Origin: Batkoa obscura | Lineage: Eukaryota | Direction of reading: 5' to 3' | Assembly (NCBI GenBank): GCA_030770535.1 | Contig: JASVEC010000001.1 | Span: 1,860,001-1,924,000, forward strand | DNA: 64,000 bases | In this document: positions 42,571 through 54,953 of the stretch, one piece after another | How the letters are laid out: every line of letters starts with the position of its first letter | Position numbering within the stretch: position 1 is the first letter of the stretch | Program-made: the position numbers and the translations under genes | The notes under the pieces: model-generated | Database searches by the model: none | Seen by the model: only the letters and a program-made list of their open reading frames with translations | What the model was told of the DNA's origin: nothing

Positions 42571-43479
42571 TTTGTGAATTAGAGTGATATTAATAATTTT
42601 TATAAATTAAGAGATAGTTAGAATTGATTTTTGATATTAAATGTTGATGTTATTTCTTGAGTTTATATACTATTGCTTTAAACCTTATTTTTGATTGTTC
42701 CTTGGGTGTCAAGTTAGGTTTGCTCTCCCCCTAGTTTTTGTTTAATATAATTTTAGGTATTTTCTTCTAGAGTTTTAAGGATTTAGTTAAAATTATGTTT
42801 GTGTTTAGATATTTTTTCTACATTTTTTCTACCCTCTCTTTTTTTTAAAATTGCGTTGATAAATTGATTACATTACCAAAGTTCATTGCTCAAAGCAATA
42901 AATTTTTATTTGTAGTTTTGGTAAACATGGCTGTTTTGAATAGCGAAAAGTAAAGCTAAATTTAGAACAAGGTTAAATTGTCTATCTAACATACTTACTA
43001 AACCTACATCATATTTAATTTAATGTACTAAATGATAGAGTAACATTTTTGGTAATATTATTTTATATTGTTTTCTATATAAAATTTACTCAAGAACACA
43101 CTCAGGTATTTTTTTGCTTTATAAAATTATTAATTTAAATATATTAATTCAATTAACTTGCATAATTTTTTAGCTACACTAGCTAATCCGCCCATCGACT
43201 TTTAGTCAGTTATTTAGCCATTATGTTACCACCCAAGCAAAGTGTACATTGGATCTAAAAATTTTAAAATTTAGCTAAGAAATAACTCAAAGCCCCTTAT
43301 TAACCCCTCTATGTCAATAGATTTACATAAAACCAACTCAGGAGACTAAAAGATTAACTTAAACGCTTAAGCTAATAGTCAAATTTAAAAGTATAAATGG
43401 AGCAAAAAAGAATATCAAATTTATTATTCAAAAAAAGTATCTTATAACAATCATTTAATTTATTTACTAATATTCAATA

Positions 43480-43866
43480 ATGAAATCTTTTAACTTAATT
43501 TCAGTCTCTTTTTTTACTCTTGTAAGCGCTTCTTATACTCCTATCACTCCACCAGCTTATGATCATCACCCATTGAGTCCACCAAGTTATGATGTTCCAC
43601 CATTGACCCCACCAAGCTACAATACTCCACCATTAACCCCGCCAAGCTATAACACTCCACCATTGACCCCTCCAGCTTATAATACTCCACCATTGAGTCC
43701 ACCAAGCTATAATGTCCCACCTTTGACTCCACCAAGCTATAATGTCCCACCTTTGACTCCACCAAGCTACAATGTTCCACCTTTAACTCCACCAAGCTAC
43801 AATGTTCCACCATTAACTCCTCCAGCTTATAACAATCCACCATTAACTCCACCAAGTTACTATTAA
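43480..43866 (+). CDS. Secreted Pro/Tyr-rich decapeptide-repeat protein
   Basis: Signal peptide MKSFNLISVSFFTLVSA, then 11 repeats of PL(T/S)PP(S/A)YN(V/T)P; TATAAA at ~43392. Confidence 0.9.
   Translation: MKSFNLISVSFFTLVSASYTPITPPAYDHHPLSPPSYDVPPLTPPSYNTPPLTPPSYNTPPLTPPAYNTPPLSPPSYNVPPLTPPSYNVPPLTPPSYNVPPLTPPSYNVPPLTPPAYNNPPLTPPSYY
43540..43863 (+). repeat. 30-bp coding minisatellite (~11 units)
   Basis: Units such as CCATTGACCCCACCAAGCTACAATACTCCA; differences mostly at third codon positions. Confidence 0.95.
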
Positions 43867-44265
43867 GTGCTACATATGAGTAAACTTTAATGTAGTATAA
43901 GTCTAAAATAAATTATTAAGTCTTAAATATTTTTGATGTTTTTTATAATCCAGTGTGGTAAGACTTTAAATATAGTAGTTTATGGTTTAAAATTAACAAG
44001 GACTAATTTTATAATTTATAAATAAGAAATTTAGAATACAAAATAGCAGTTTCTATTAGATGATGTTTGAGTTGTCACTAAACAAAACACTTGTTTATAC
44101 CTTTCAAGGTTTTTAAATGAAAGTCACTCTGACAACTATGACCAATACATTGACTCAAATCCTAGATAAAATACTAGCCTTTTCATAACTTTTGTAAAAG
44201 TAATTAATTTAAAAGTAATTGAGTTTAATGCAATAAAGTATATTTCGACAAAACGGAGCTAAAGT

Positions 44266-46558
44266 TTATTCATTTACTAATTCATTTAACTGAGACATTC
44301 TTAAAGCTAAAAAGAAACCAGAAATATTTTTTCTTTGCTTAATCCAAACATCATAAAGAGTTCTTAACTCTACTACAGTTTCTACTGAGTCCCCATTGTC
44401 CATATACAATTTATATTTATCTCTCACATGAACTAATTTGAATTCTAACTTATTTGAAAGTGGCCCAACACAACTAACTTTGACAATTCCATTACCTTTA
44501 AATTGAAGACGATATCCAAACATAACTTCAATAATTTTAACAAAGTTTTTGTATTCGTTATAGGTGGCCTAAATAATAAAATATAAATTTATTTTTATGG
44601 TAAAATTAGAACTTACTTTTAGATTTATTTTGGCTTTAGAATACAATCCTGTGTTCCTCTGACTTAAAATGAAATTATCTTGTTTATAAGAATTCAATTC
44701 TGCTTCTAACTTTTCTATTTGGGCACATTTTGGTATTTCTTTTTCAAATTGATAGAAGTCAACCATTGTTCTTAATGCCGAAACTTCACTCATTATTAAT
44801 TCAAAATATTTTTCTTTTTCACGATAGAGATTATCTTGGGATGGATTGTCTTTCAACGTGATTGCCTATTAATTTATAGCATTCATATAATTTTAACCAT
44901 CTAAATTTAACTACCTTAAGACCACTTCCATTGTGACCGTTCTTTTGGTTAAGGCCATTTTTTAAACTAAGTAATTCCATACTTAAATCTGAAGCAGTTG
45001 ATTTCCAGCGGTTGATTTCTAATTTTATAATTTAAACAATTCATTTATCAACCATTAAATTTACCAGTAATTAATCGAATTCTGTCAAGTTTTTTTTCCT
45101 TCTCAATGGCGCCAACTTTTCTTTTGGCTGTTTCATACACTTTTTTAATCTGCTCTTCTCTTTCATTTGTTTCAATGTCATCAATACTTTCATTATTATT
45201 GGCTCCATTATTATCTTCATCATCGTCAATTCGTATGTTATCCTCTGCATTATTTCCATCGGAGACATTAAAATCATCCATGGCGGATCTGAATCCATTT
45301 TCAAGCTGATGGACTCTGTCTTTATAAACTCCTAACTTACAAAAAGATAAATTAAAAATAAACAACAAATATCAAACAGTTACTTCATACTCAGTATCTA
45401 CTAACCTAGCCTGCATAGTTTTTCTTTCCTTTTCTAATTTTTCTTTTTCTGTATGTAAACTCTTTACGAGTTCATCTTTGATTATCCTAACCATCTTTCT
45501 ACTCTCATTTTGAGGCTTTGGTTTCCTATATTATTAGTAAATTGAAGCTTTAGCGTTATCTATTTACTTTTCAAATTTAACTTCTCTCAATAAATCATAA
45601 CCAAGTCCAGCCCCGCCCATGGTATATATTAAATCATCTTTCGATTTATTAAGTTCGCCAACACTTTTATTAAAAGCAGCCAAGTTTTTATTGTTGCTTT
45701 CAAAAGTCTTTATCACATGGCCTATTCAATATTATTATTACTGTCGCTGATATTCAGATAGAAGCTGATTTACCCTTGAACTTTGAAATGGCATTCTTGA
45801 GATTAACTTCATCTTCATCCAATAAAATAGTTGTATTTAAGTCTATTCCAGATTGGTTTACCCTTATCTGTTCCTCAGTAAGTGTATTATCTCCAAATAA
45901 TTCAGCATGCTATACTTAATTTAATTATGGTGATATTCATTTGTTGATATTATTTACCTGTCTATTATTAGCAGCCAAGACTCCCTTCAAGTAATTACTT
46001 TCACGAATCTTGGATTTAAGTAAAGAATATGTTTTTTGAACTGAAACCATTAGGTCTTTATAATGGTTATTAAGCGCTAATTTACTATAATTAATACATA
46101 TAATGTTATTAATTAAGTCTATTTACTATCATCACTAAACATCACTTCTTCAGAATCATATAGATTATTACTTCCAAGAATACTCCCGAAGCTTATGTCA
46201 TTCAAATGCTGATTACCAGTAGCAGAAAGATCATGAGATACGTTCCCCTATATCAAAAAAGGATTATCAAAACATTTCTAAATCAAAAATGACTTACGTT
46301 GTTATTATTTTCTCCTTTCTGGGCTTGTGGGCCTAAAAAACTTAAATCTACACCAGTACCTTGGGTGAAAGTAAATGTTGATAAATCTAAATCATCGTTA
46401 AGAAAGTCGAGGTCGTGGATTCCTCCATCATCATCACTTCTAGCATCACCTGCATTGTTATTAGTTGAATCAATTCCATTGTTCATAGCATCTATCATTC
46501 TATCAGGGTCCTGAAAGGCGCTTTCATTTATATCAAAAGAGTCGTTGGGATTCGACAT
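44266..46558 (-). CDS. MAD1: Spindle checkpoint protein Mad1-like, multi-exon, divergent
   Basis: Coiled coil; Mad2-interaction-like ITLKDNP; C-terminal FGYRLQFKGNGIVKVS...WIKQRKNISGFFLAL resembles the Mad1 CTD. Confidence 0.7.
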
Positions 46559-47225
46559 TATTATTGTTTTATTTTAACGATTTATATATACAAAAAAATG
46601 TTAATGAAAATTAGGAATTTGCTATTTATATTAAAAATTCGACTTTTAATTGGCTATTATAACATCATGTTCTCACCTTCTACCTATTATTTTGTATACA
46701 GCTATCCCTTTATTTCAAAATTGAAAGTTAAGCTCTGAAGCTAACATGTATGCTTTCAATCTATACTTTGGAATTTTGATTGTTTAGATGAGGATTTCTA
46801 TTTGCTTATCAAGTTCCTTAGTACCAATATTAAAGACTATGAACCTGTTATAAATAGTCTAATTTTAATTGTATTATCTGTTAATAAACACTTGCCCAAA
46901 AGGATTTGAGGGTCTAATTTAAACCAAGAGTTTATTATATTATTAGAAATTACTTTAAATTAAAAGTTAAGGTATCGAGTATATTTTTTATAATTTAGTG
47001 GTACAAAATTTCAATATTCATTATTTAACATTAAGGTACTGTAGATAAATAAAGCTTTTATTTTTAATTAACCATCAAATTAGAAGTCTGGTTAATTTGT
47101 ACAAAAATTTGTCTTGTACTCATTTTTTTTGGGTACTGTAGATAAACCTAAGTTTACATAAGTTTATATTAAAAACAAAAACTATATAAACAAGGATAGT
47201 CAATCGGAAAAAAGAATAAACTAAA

Positions 47226-48152
47226 ATGAAATTCGAATTATTAGTCTCCTCCTTATTAAATATAAACTTGATTCAATCTTATACCACTTTCCAACAAAGT
47301 GATGCAAATAGTGATCGAGTCAGTACTCCTGTGGTCAACAATATGAAACAGCCTGCTATTGATGATGTAAGATTAGGTGCTTGGTATGCAGCCTTTGCGG
47401 TATGTCCTAAGTCGAAGCTACAAACCTGGTCCTGCAAAAAATGTGATCAAACACCAAAAGTTAAATTTTTGAGATATTTATCTAAACCAACCAGTGGAAC
47501 GGCAGGTTATGTTGCAGTAAGAGAAGATAACAAGGATGGCTATTTTATTGTTTCTTTCCGTGGTACTAAGAATGGAATGAACGGAGTTACCAATGGTTCT
47601 GCTGCACAAACTAAATTTAGTGCTATCGACGATAATGAAGCTAGGGTACATATGGGTTATTTAAATTCCATGGAGACGTTATCAAAAGATTTCATCGGTG
47701 AATTGAAATCGCAATTGCTTAACGAGGACTATAAAAATTATAAGATTAAGGTTTATGGTCATTCTTTAGGCGGTTCTATGGCTTCATTAGCCTCAATCAA
47801 AATAAAAACTGAGTTAAATATCAGTTGGGATCGCTTAGAGTTATATACCTATGGTCAACCAAGAGTAGGTAATATGAGATTTGCTAAATGGTTCGATGGT
47901 AAAGAAATTTCTGCTGCTAGAGTCGTCAATAATAACGATTCAGTACCTCATGCCCCACCCGTTGATTTATTAACCTATACCCATCACGGTAATGAATTGT
48001 TTATCCCTGCTAAGGATAGTAATGTAGATACTCACTATTGTAATAAGGACGTTTATGAAGATATTGATTGTTCTTATTCAATTTCAAAATATTCGGAAGA
48101 AGCACATTATCACTTCTTTGATACTACGACCGGCGAAGAGTTTAATTGTTAA
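47226..48152 (+). CDS. Secreted class 3 lipase, intronless
   Basis: Signal peptide; IVSFRGT, VHMGY, GHSLGG nucleophile elbow, TYGQPRVGN, RVVNNNDSVPHAPP, YTHHGNE. Confidence 0.95.
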   Translation: MKFELLVSSLLNINLIQSYTTFQQSDANSDRVSTPVVNNMKQPAIDDVRLGAWYAAFAVCPKSKLQTWSCKKCDQTPKVKFLRYLSKPTSGTAGYVAVREDNKDGYFIVSFRGTKNGMNGVTNGSAAQTKFSAIDDNEARVHMGYLNSMETLSKDFIGELKSQLLNEDYKNYKIKVYGHSLGGSMASLASIKIKTELNISWDRLELYTYGQPRVGNMRFAKWFDGKEISAARVVNNNDSVPHAPPVDLLTYTHHGNELFIPAKDSNVDTHYCNKDVYEDIDCSYSISKYSEEAHYHFFDTTTGEEFNC

Positions 48153-48316
48153 TGAGAAGATAATGTACGTGTCAAAATAATTTTACTAAACTATTTAGTA
48201 AAAATAACAGATTATTATGAAGAGTATTATAGAATAAAAATTAATAAATTAATATAACTTTTCCACCTTTTAGTTTCAAATGATCCTCTTTTAGAGTTGA
48301 AGTTGTAGCTTAATAC

Positions 48317-48417
48317 AGGGATGTGTTTTTTTTGGTTTCATTATTTTTTCCATTTTTTAAGCGTTATTTGAGTGGAAAGATTGTTAGTAAAATCCTTAAA
48401 TAAAAAAATACATCCCC
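48317..48417 (-). mobile_element. MITE family A copy
   Basis: Family consensus; flanks ATAC/ATAT. Confidence 0.9.
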
Positions 48418-48637
48418 ATATGCTACTGTTGGTAGTTTAATATTTAGTATAAAAGTAAATATAATATTCAGAAGGTATCATTATTATAGTCAGCTTCTTA
48501 TTAAAGCTTATCTTTAATTTCGTACCTATTGAATTAATTTTTAACTATTAATTGTGATATATAGTTAAAATTGCGTTTAAAAGTGAAATAACGGTTTAAA
48601 TTTAAATATTATTTAAATATCTACTTTAAAATCATAT

Positions 48638-48728
48638 GAGGGTGTTTTTTTGGCTTCATTATTTTCTCTATTTAAGCACTATTTCAGCGGAAAGATTGTT
48701 AGTGAAATTCTTAAAAAAATACATCCCT
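48638..48728 (-). mobile_element. MITE family A copy (short internal deletions)
   Basis: GAGGGTG...CATCCCT; ATAT TSD on both sides. Confidence 0.85.
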
Positions 48729-49089
48729 ATATAATTACAAAAAAATCAGTTTAAATAATTAAATATAGTCAAACTATTCCAACAAAAGGATTGGATGCTT
48801 ACAAACCAAGAGTTGTAAAAAAATGATTTTTTTCAATACATTAGATGATCAAAGGTTTCAAATAACGATTGGGATAATGTAAACAGCAACTCGAGCTAAT
48901 GAATACAATTTACAAGTATTACTAACTTTTTCAAGCTCTGAATTATTATTTCATGCTAATATCCCCAAAATATGTCTTACATAACTACATATTTAAATAT
49001 TATTCAAATATCAATATATTATAATAAGGGCAATAAGCTGGTCCTTAATGAGTGTAATTTTTTTTAAAGCCTTTGAATAAGCAACTTTA

Positions 49090-49394
49090 TTAAGAATAAA
49101 TTAAAACCAAACCGAAAAAAGAGGCTAGTATTAGAATAGCTGTCAGTAAGATGTAAGCGGGAAGGGATAGGGCTAAGAATCGACCTGGAAATAAACTTAA
49201 GATATAATGCCCTGAATCTAAAAAAGGCTATTATATAAATATTATGATTAATATTTAAAGTAATAGGTTAAAAAATAAGTAAAAAGTAATAAAATAATAA
49301 TAAAAAATACTATCAATAAACACCAGATAAAATAATACAGAAACAAACAAGTAGAAATGAATATAATGTTAAATCCAAGTGTGGAATCTTTCAT
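49090..49394 (-). CDS. DPM2: DPM2 paralog b (73 aa)
   Basis: MKDSTLGFNIIFISTCLFLYYFIWCLLI|PFLDSGHYILSLFPGRFLALSLPAYILLTAILILASFFGLVLIYS*; intron 49228-49310. Confidence 0.8.
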
Positions 49395-49712
49395 TGCTAT
49401 TTTTTATCCTACTCTTTTAATTAAAGAAATTTTAGTAAGATTCTGTTTTGTTTTTTTTAACTCAAGTTTGAATTATTATTTAATTGGCTTTCAACTTGAC
49501 TGTTAATTGTGTTGATATTTTCGAAAGATGATTCTTAAATTTATTCACTTTAGTGCTTTGTAGACAAAATTCATTTAACTTTCCAATAATATCTGCGTTT
49601 GGTTTTACGTAACCAATGATAATCTACAAGTAACTCTTAAGAAATTTACGTTCAGAGCTAGCAACAAAAATGATTAATATTTTAATTAGAGTTTTTTTTA
49701 ATCATTTTTACA

Positions 49713-51070
49713 ATGGAGCAACAAGATGAAAACATAAATAATTATATTGAAGATAATAGTCAAAAAATTGACCCAGATAAAGAAATAAAAGAAATAAAAG
49801 AAGATAGCCCAAAAAATGAAATAAATGAGCCAAAGATGAGTGAAGAAAGAGATGCTGAAGAAAATGTAATTCAAGTGGGAGAAAGGTTAGATCATAATAG
49901 GAATGAGCAAGAAATTGATATAAAGCAAAGTAAAGTAAACAATCTAGGAGAAGAAAAGGAAGAGTCTAAACTTGAAAACAAAAACAAGAATATAGAGAAG
50001 GAGGAAGAAAAAGAGGAAGAAAAAGAGGAATTGGAAAGAGAAGTAAAAAAAAAAGGAGGAAACCAAGAAAAGGAACAACAAAAGGAACAAGAAATTGAAA
50101 GGAAACAAGGAATGGAAAGAGAACAGGAAAAAGAACAGATAAAGACGGAGGAAATTAACGAAACAGAAGATATAAAAGAAACTAAAGGGCAGGGAATTAA
50201 TCCAAAAAGTTTGTTTGTTTTAAAACCAAAAGTTGAAAGGTATGAGCGACAGCTACTAAAGCGTAGTGTAGCAAAAGTAGCATTGAAAAGAGGCTTTCAT
50301 TCTATAGAGCCGCAAACCTTAGAAGCACTAACGGAAGTAACTGGGTTATGTAGGGATAATTTATAAAAACAATTTATTTCGCTAATTTCAGTATAGTTTT
50401 AGAACAGATAGCTTTTAGGTGTAAAAGATATGCAGAACATGGTAATCGAATTATGCCAAACGCTTTGGACATTGAACAAACATTGCAGGAATTTAATATG
50501 GATTGGAGAAGTATTGGATTAATAGCTACGGATTTATTGGACATTGGAGCGATTCAAGGTACTTAGTTTAGTTTTAACTTTATTTTATGTTAATGATAAT
50601 AGTTCCCAAAAAGAGCCATATTGAAGCTAGAAATAATCATCACCATTATTATAAGGATGCATTAAATCCAAACAAAGTAAAACTACCAATTGCACCGGAT
50701 CATTTACCTGCATTACCAAAAGAGCATAGTTATAAATTCTCAGAAGTAGGTTTAATGAAAATTTGATGCTATTAAATTAAACCATTTTTAGGAGACTGTG
50801 CAAAGAATTGAAGATACACAAATTATAAGAGAATTGAATGCAAAAGAAACACGGTTAGTAGAAGAAAATTTAAAAAGTTTTTCAATGAAGTTACACAAAA
50901 ATAAAAAGAATGAAACGTTTAATGAAATCAATACATTTGGTAATGAAAACGAAGAGGAAGAGGCTGAAGATAGTGACCAAGATGAGCCCTTTGTTAATTA
51001 TGAGATGTCCAAGTTCTATCACATCGAACAAGGGTCTTCAATTAAGCATTTATCTAGGTTCAATGGTTGA
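49713..51070 (+). CDS. TAF8: TFIID subunit 8, multi-exon
   Basis: Histone fold (SVAKVALKRGFHSIEPQTLEALTE...YAEHGNRIMPNALDI) and TAF8 C-terminal motif PDHLPALPKEHSYKFSE. Confidence 0.85.
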
Positions 51071-51440
51071 TGTCAGTTAAACTAGGTTTTGTTTTACTCT
51101 AATTATTAAATAACCAATTTTAAATATGTTGCATTTTATTTTAAGCATAATTTTATTGAAAAATCCAATCTACATTATTTTTTAGTAGGATGATTTAGTT
51201 ATTGTCCAATAAATAGCTTGAACTATAAATAAATTCTAAATTTTGAAGGATGGAAAATTTACTTAAAAATTATTGAAAGGACTTATGGCTCTAGATATCG
51301 TTCTGGTTATATGATTTACTTATATTCAATAGTAGTTTTATATTTTGAGAGTAAAACAGTAAATTTGAAAACTTAACTTAATTGATATAAAGTAAATAAA
51401 AAAGGTACTAAAGGGTACTAAAATTCTAAATAATTTTTAT

Positions 51441-53199
51441 TTATATATAAAAAGTTCTTTCTTCATAAGTACGATTATCTGGATCAGATTTGATTTCTGG
51501 AGAATCAAGCTTAACAGTCACTTTCCATTTTCCAGAAGCAGGGGCAACCACATTATTTTTATTTCTAGAAGCATCTACGAGGATATCGTTATAATACCAG
51601 TTAATGGTTATTTTTTCACCAGGGATAGTAAATTTTTCTCTATATTGACCAAGTTTAAGAGTTGTTAACACTACTTCATTGACATTATAAGTTAACGTAT
51701 CAATAAGTGAGACCCTTTGTAAAAACTTGAGCCATATGCCCTCTTTACAAACACTACAAAATGAAGGTGAAGTCATATTTCTCATCAAACATTTTTCATT
51801 ACTTGGTCTATATGATTTTCTTCTTGAAGAATCCCAAGTAGGGTAAGCAGAAATCGCTTCATTGGAAATTATGAATTCGCTTTCATCACCATATTCATAC
51901 ATAGTAACCATAGCAAGCATACGAGAAACATTAGGGTCAATTGGTATCCCTTTATTACGGATAGTAAGAGTGTGAGTTCCTTTAGTAAACCCACTTGCTC
52001 CACTCCAATTATAAAACTCACGATCAATGCTACCTCTAGATTTAAATGGTAATGCCACACCATCTAATATAATTTCTAAGCCATCAGTTTCTGGTACCCC
52101 AGTGATTGAGATTTCTAAATACCAACGTTTATATGCCCCATCCGAAGTAAAAGTGAATTTTTGAAGCACACTTGTTAGCTTGGCCCATGGATATGCTAAT
52201 ACTCTATAAATAGCTTTCTCTTCTCTTAATGGCCCAGTTAACCATGATTTCCAAGAAACTGTATTTAAAGAAGCTGCTGCATTAACTCCACTATAAACAT
52301 AGCCATCATCATATTCCTCACCAACTTCATTAAAGTTGTGACCCATTTCATGTCTTAATACTGTTGTACCAGTTTTTACTGATTTGGTGGCTATGATAAA
52401 ATTTCCACCAAGGCCACCATAATAATCATCATTTGCAATGATTGCTGGGAAGTCACAGGCACTAGCACCAGTTAATTTACAGATCTGTTGAGCATAGTTG
52501 GAGTTTCCAGGATAGATAGCCCTAAACTGACCAGATTCACGATATAACTTAAATGGTGTATTTTTAGGTCCATTGTAGCCAATTCCAGATTCTTGTGATT
52601 CTACATAGATAGCCCAAATATTAAAGAAAGGTAACCAAGATTTGAAGGTTGTGCCTTCAAACATTTCTTTGGTAAGACGAGTCATATCACTAAAAAAAGC
52701 CTCTTTCTGACTGGCGGTGTAACCATCACCCATAAATACAACATCTACTCTATTATTAGGATCACCATTGTTAATAATTTTACGTACTTCAGTTGCTTCA
52801 GCTAATTGTGCTTCAGGTAGACTATTGGATAAGAGCGCTTTATTTTTGTTTTGGCATAGACTATTTAGCTTAGCTTCAACCGCAATTTTGGATTTACTGT
52901 ACAACTCATAAACTATAGAGTTATCCTTCACTTCAACTTTGGTATCGGCAGCAGCAATCTGATATGGCTTTGATAACACAATTACAGCATTATCGTCCAA
53001 GGTATCCAAAGGCTTATAAATACCTTCACTATTTCTTTCTATGACAGTACATTCAAAATTTGCACTATCAATACGCAATTTGATGTAGTTTACTGGTAAC
53101 CTAAAAACTGATTAACTTTTTATTAATAAAAAGATTGAGATAAACTTACGAACAAAAAACAGTACTGATACAAAGAGAGATTAAAAGTGAGGATTTCAT
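51441..53199 (-). CDS. Secreted M64-family (IgA peptidase-like) metallopeptidase, copy A
   Basis: Signal-peptide exon, intron 53101-53149; NRVDVVFMGDGYT, YYGGLGG, HEMGHNF..GEEY, CLMR...FCSVC. Confidence 0.9.
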
Positions 53200-54602
53200 A
53201 ATCATTACAATAGTAATTAAACTAGCATAGCTTTAATTTACAGTCTTTTATATACGTTTCATAACTCAGCATGCATTCGTTCCACTATATACGAAATAAG
53301 CTGCTTTTAATGGTATAAATACACATTTAAGGAAAAAATAAAATAAATTTGGATAAGATATTCGGATAAGTTGTTCAATCGCAAATCGAAATTCAAGTCA
53401 TGAAGTAATCTGTGTTCTAAAATCCTACTTAAAAAAACAACTTTTAGCAATTACATTTTATCTCTAAAGCACCTTTTATTTACAACTTCCCTTTCAAGCA
53501 AATACCCTGTAGCTGATAATTTATTACATTTGTAAATGTATTGTAGATTAAAGATAAGAGTAGGTCTATAATATTCATTTACTTTATAACGCTGTATATA
53601 ATCAAATCAGTTTTTAAGTAGGTAAATATATGCCGCTCTTAGTCCTTATATATTTTAATTGCTTAATAAAAAACTGGATATACTAAATTACTTTTTTGAG
53701 ACTATTTTTTTAATATGAGGCTTTAGTTACACTTATTTTATTTTCTGATGGCATTCTAGATCCCTTATTCTAGTTTAGAAAAGTGACTAGAATATATGGA
53801 TATAATGGATAAATATGATTCCTTTTTCATATATTTCAAATTTTTGGTATGTGGAACTAGTAAAAATAAGCTCATGTTACTATTTTTTATCATTTTTCTG
53901 CAACTCAATCTATTTATAAGACTAATAAATAAAAGTATAGAGGATGCAAGTTGACAAGCTAACACTAAAGTATACAGAAATGGTATAAAATTCACATTTT
54001 GATTGATATTCTGCAAGATGATTTCATTAAACTTGTTTTTAAAAGCTAAAAATTAAGTAAAAATAAAAATGAGTTCTTGATTTGAAAAACGTGTTTTTTT
54101 AATAAGTGCAAAAAACGCGCGAAAAAAACTGCTTTTTTAACACTCGGTTTTAATATGATTATTTTATGAGAAATTGATACTTAAGCCAGTTTGTTATATT
54201 TTATTTTGATATGAATGGAAGTTTTTTTTAAATACTAATAAGCATAATTCTATACTACTTGAACAAATAATCATAACTCCTCACTTAATCTTTTATATTT
54301 TCAATCATTTCTTCCTTATATTACATCAGTTGTGTATTTTAAATATTATAAATAAATTTAAAGGAACAAGATGTATTAGATGGGTAAGAATAAGTGGCGC
54401 CTTGAATGCCAGCTTTGTAAAAATTAAAAACAGCTGATATTTATTCTGTAGATGCTATTAATAAATAAATCGAGACTGTTTGGATTGCTCTAAACAAAAG
54501 TAGGTGATTACTGGTTTTCAACCATTAAGATTAATAATGTGCCACCTAAGAAGTAATTGTCTATTGCTTTGCTATAGAATTTTGGAATAAAAATGAAAAT
54601 AT

Positions 54603-54701
54603 AGGGGTGTTTTTTTTGGGTTCATCACCTTTTCCATCTTTTGAGCGCTATTTAAGCGGAAAAGTTGTTAGTAAAATTCTTAAACACTAAAATACATCCT
54701 C
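54603..54701 (-). mobile_element. MITE family A copy
   Basis: Family consensus; flanks ATAT/ATAC. Confidence 0.85.
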
Positions 54702-54854
54702 ATACAGTAAATCAAAGTTGATAATATTAAAATCAACATAGCTATCAGCTAGTGTAGATAAAATCGATACTATTTTAAATTTAAGAAAATTCATTAACAT
54801 ATTGCATGTAATTAAATTTTAAATATTCTATAAATATATTAGAGATTTTTAAAT

Positions 54855-54953
54855 GGGGATGTATTTTTTTATTTAAGGATTTTACTAACAATCTTTCCAC
54901 TCAAATAACGCTTAAAAAATGGAAAAAATAATGAAACCAAAAAAAACACCCCC
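54855..54953 (+). mobile_element. MITE family A copy
   Basis: GGGGATGT...ACACCCCC; AAAT TSD on both sides. Confidence 0.9.

Noticed and set aside
48317..54953. Past MITE-mediated inversion explaining the opposite orientation of the M64 copies
   Set aside because: The 54855 copy retains a matching AAAT/AAAT TSD, so flanks were not exchanged
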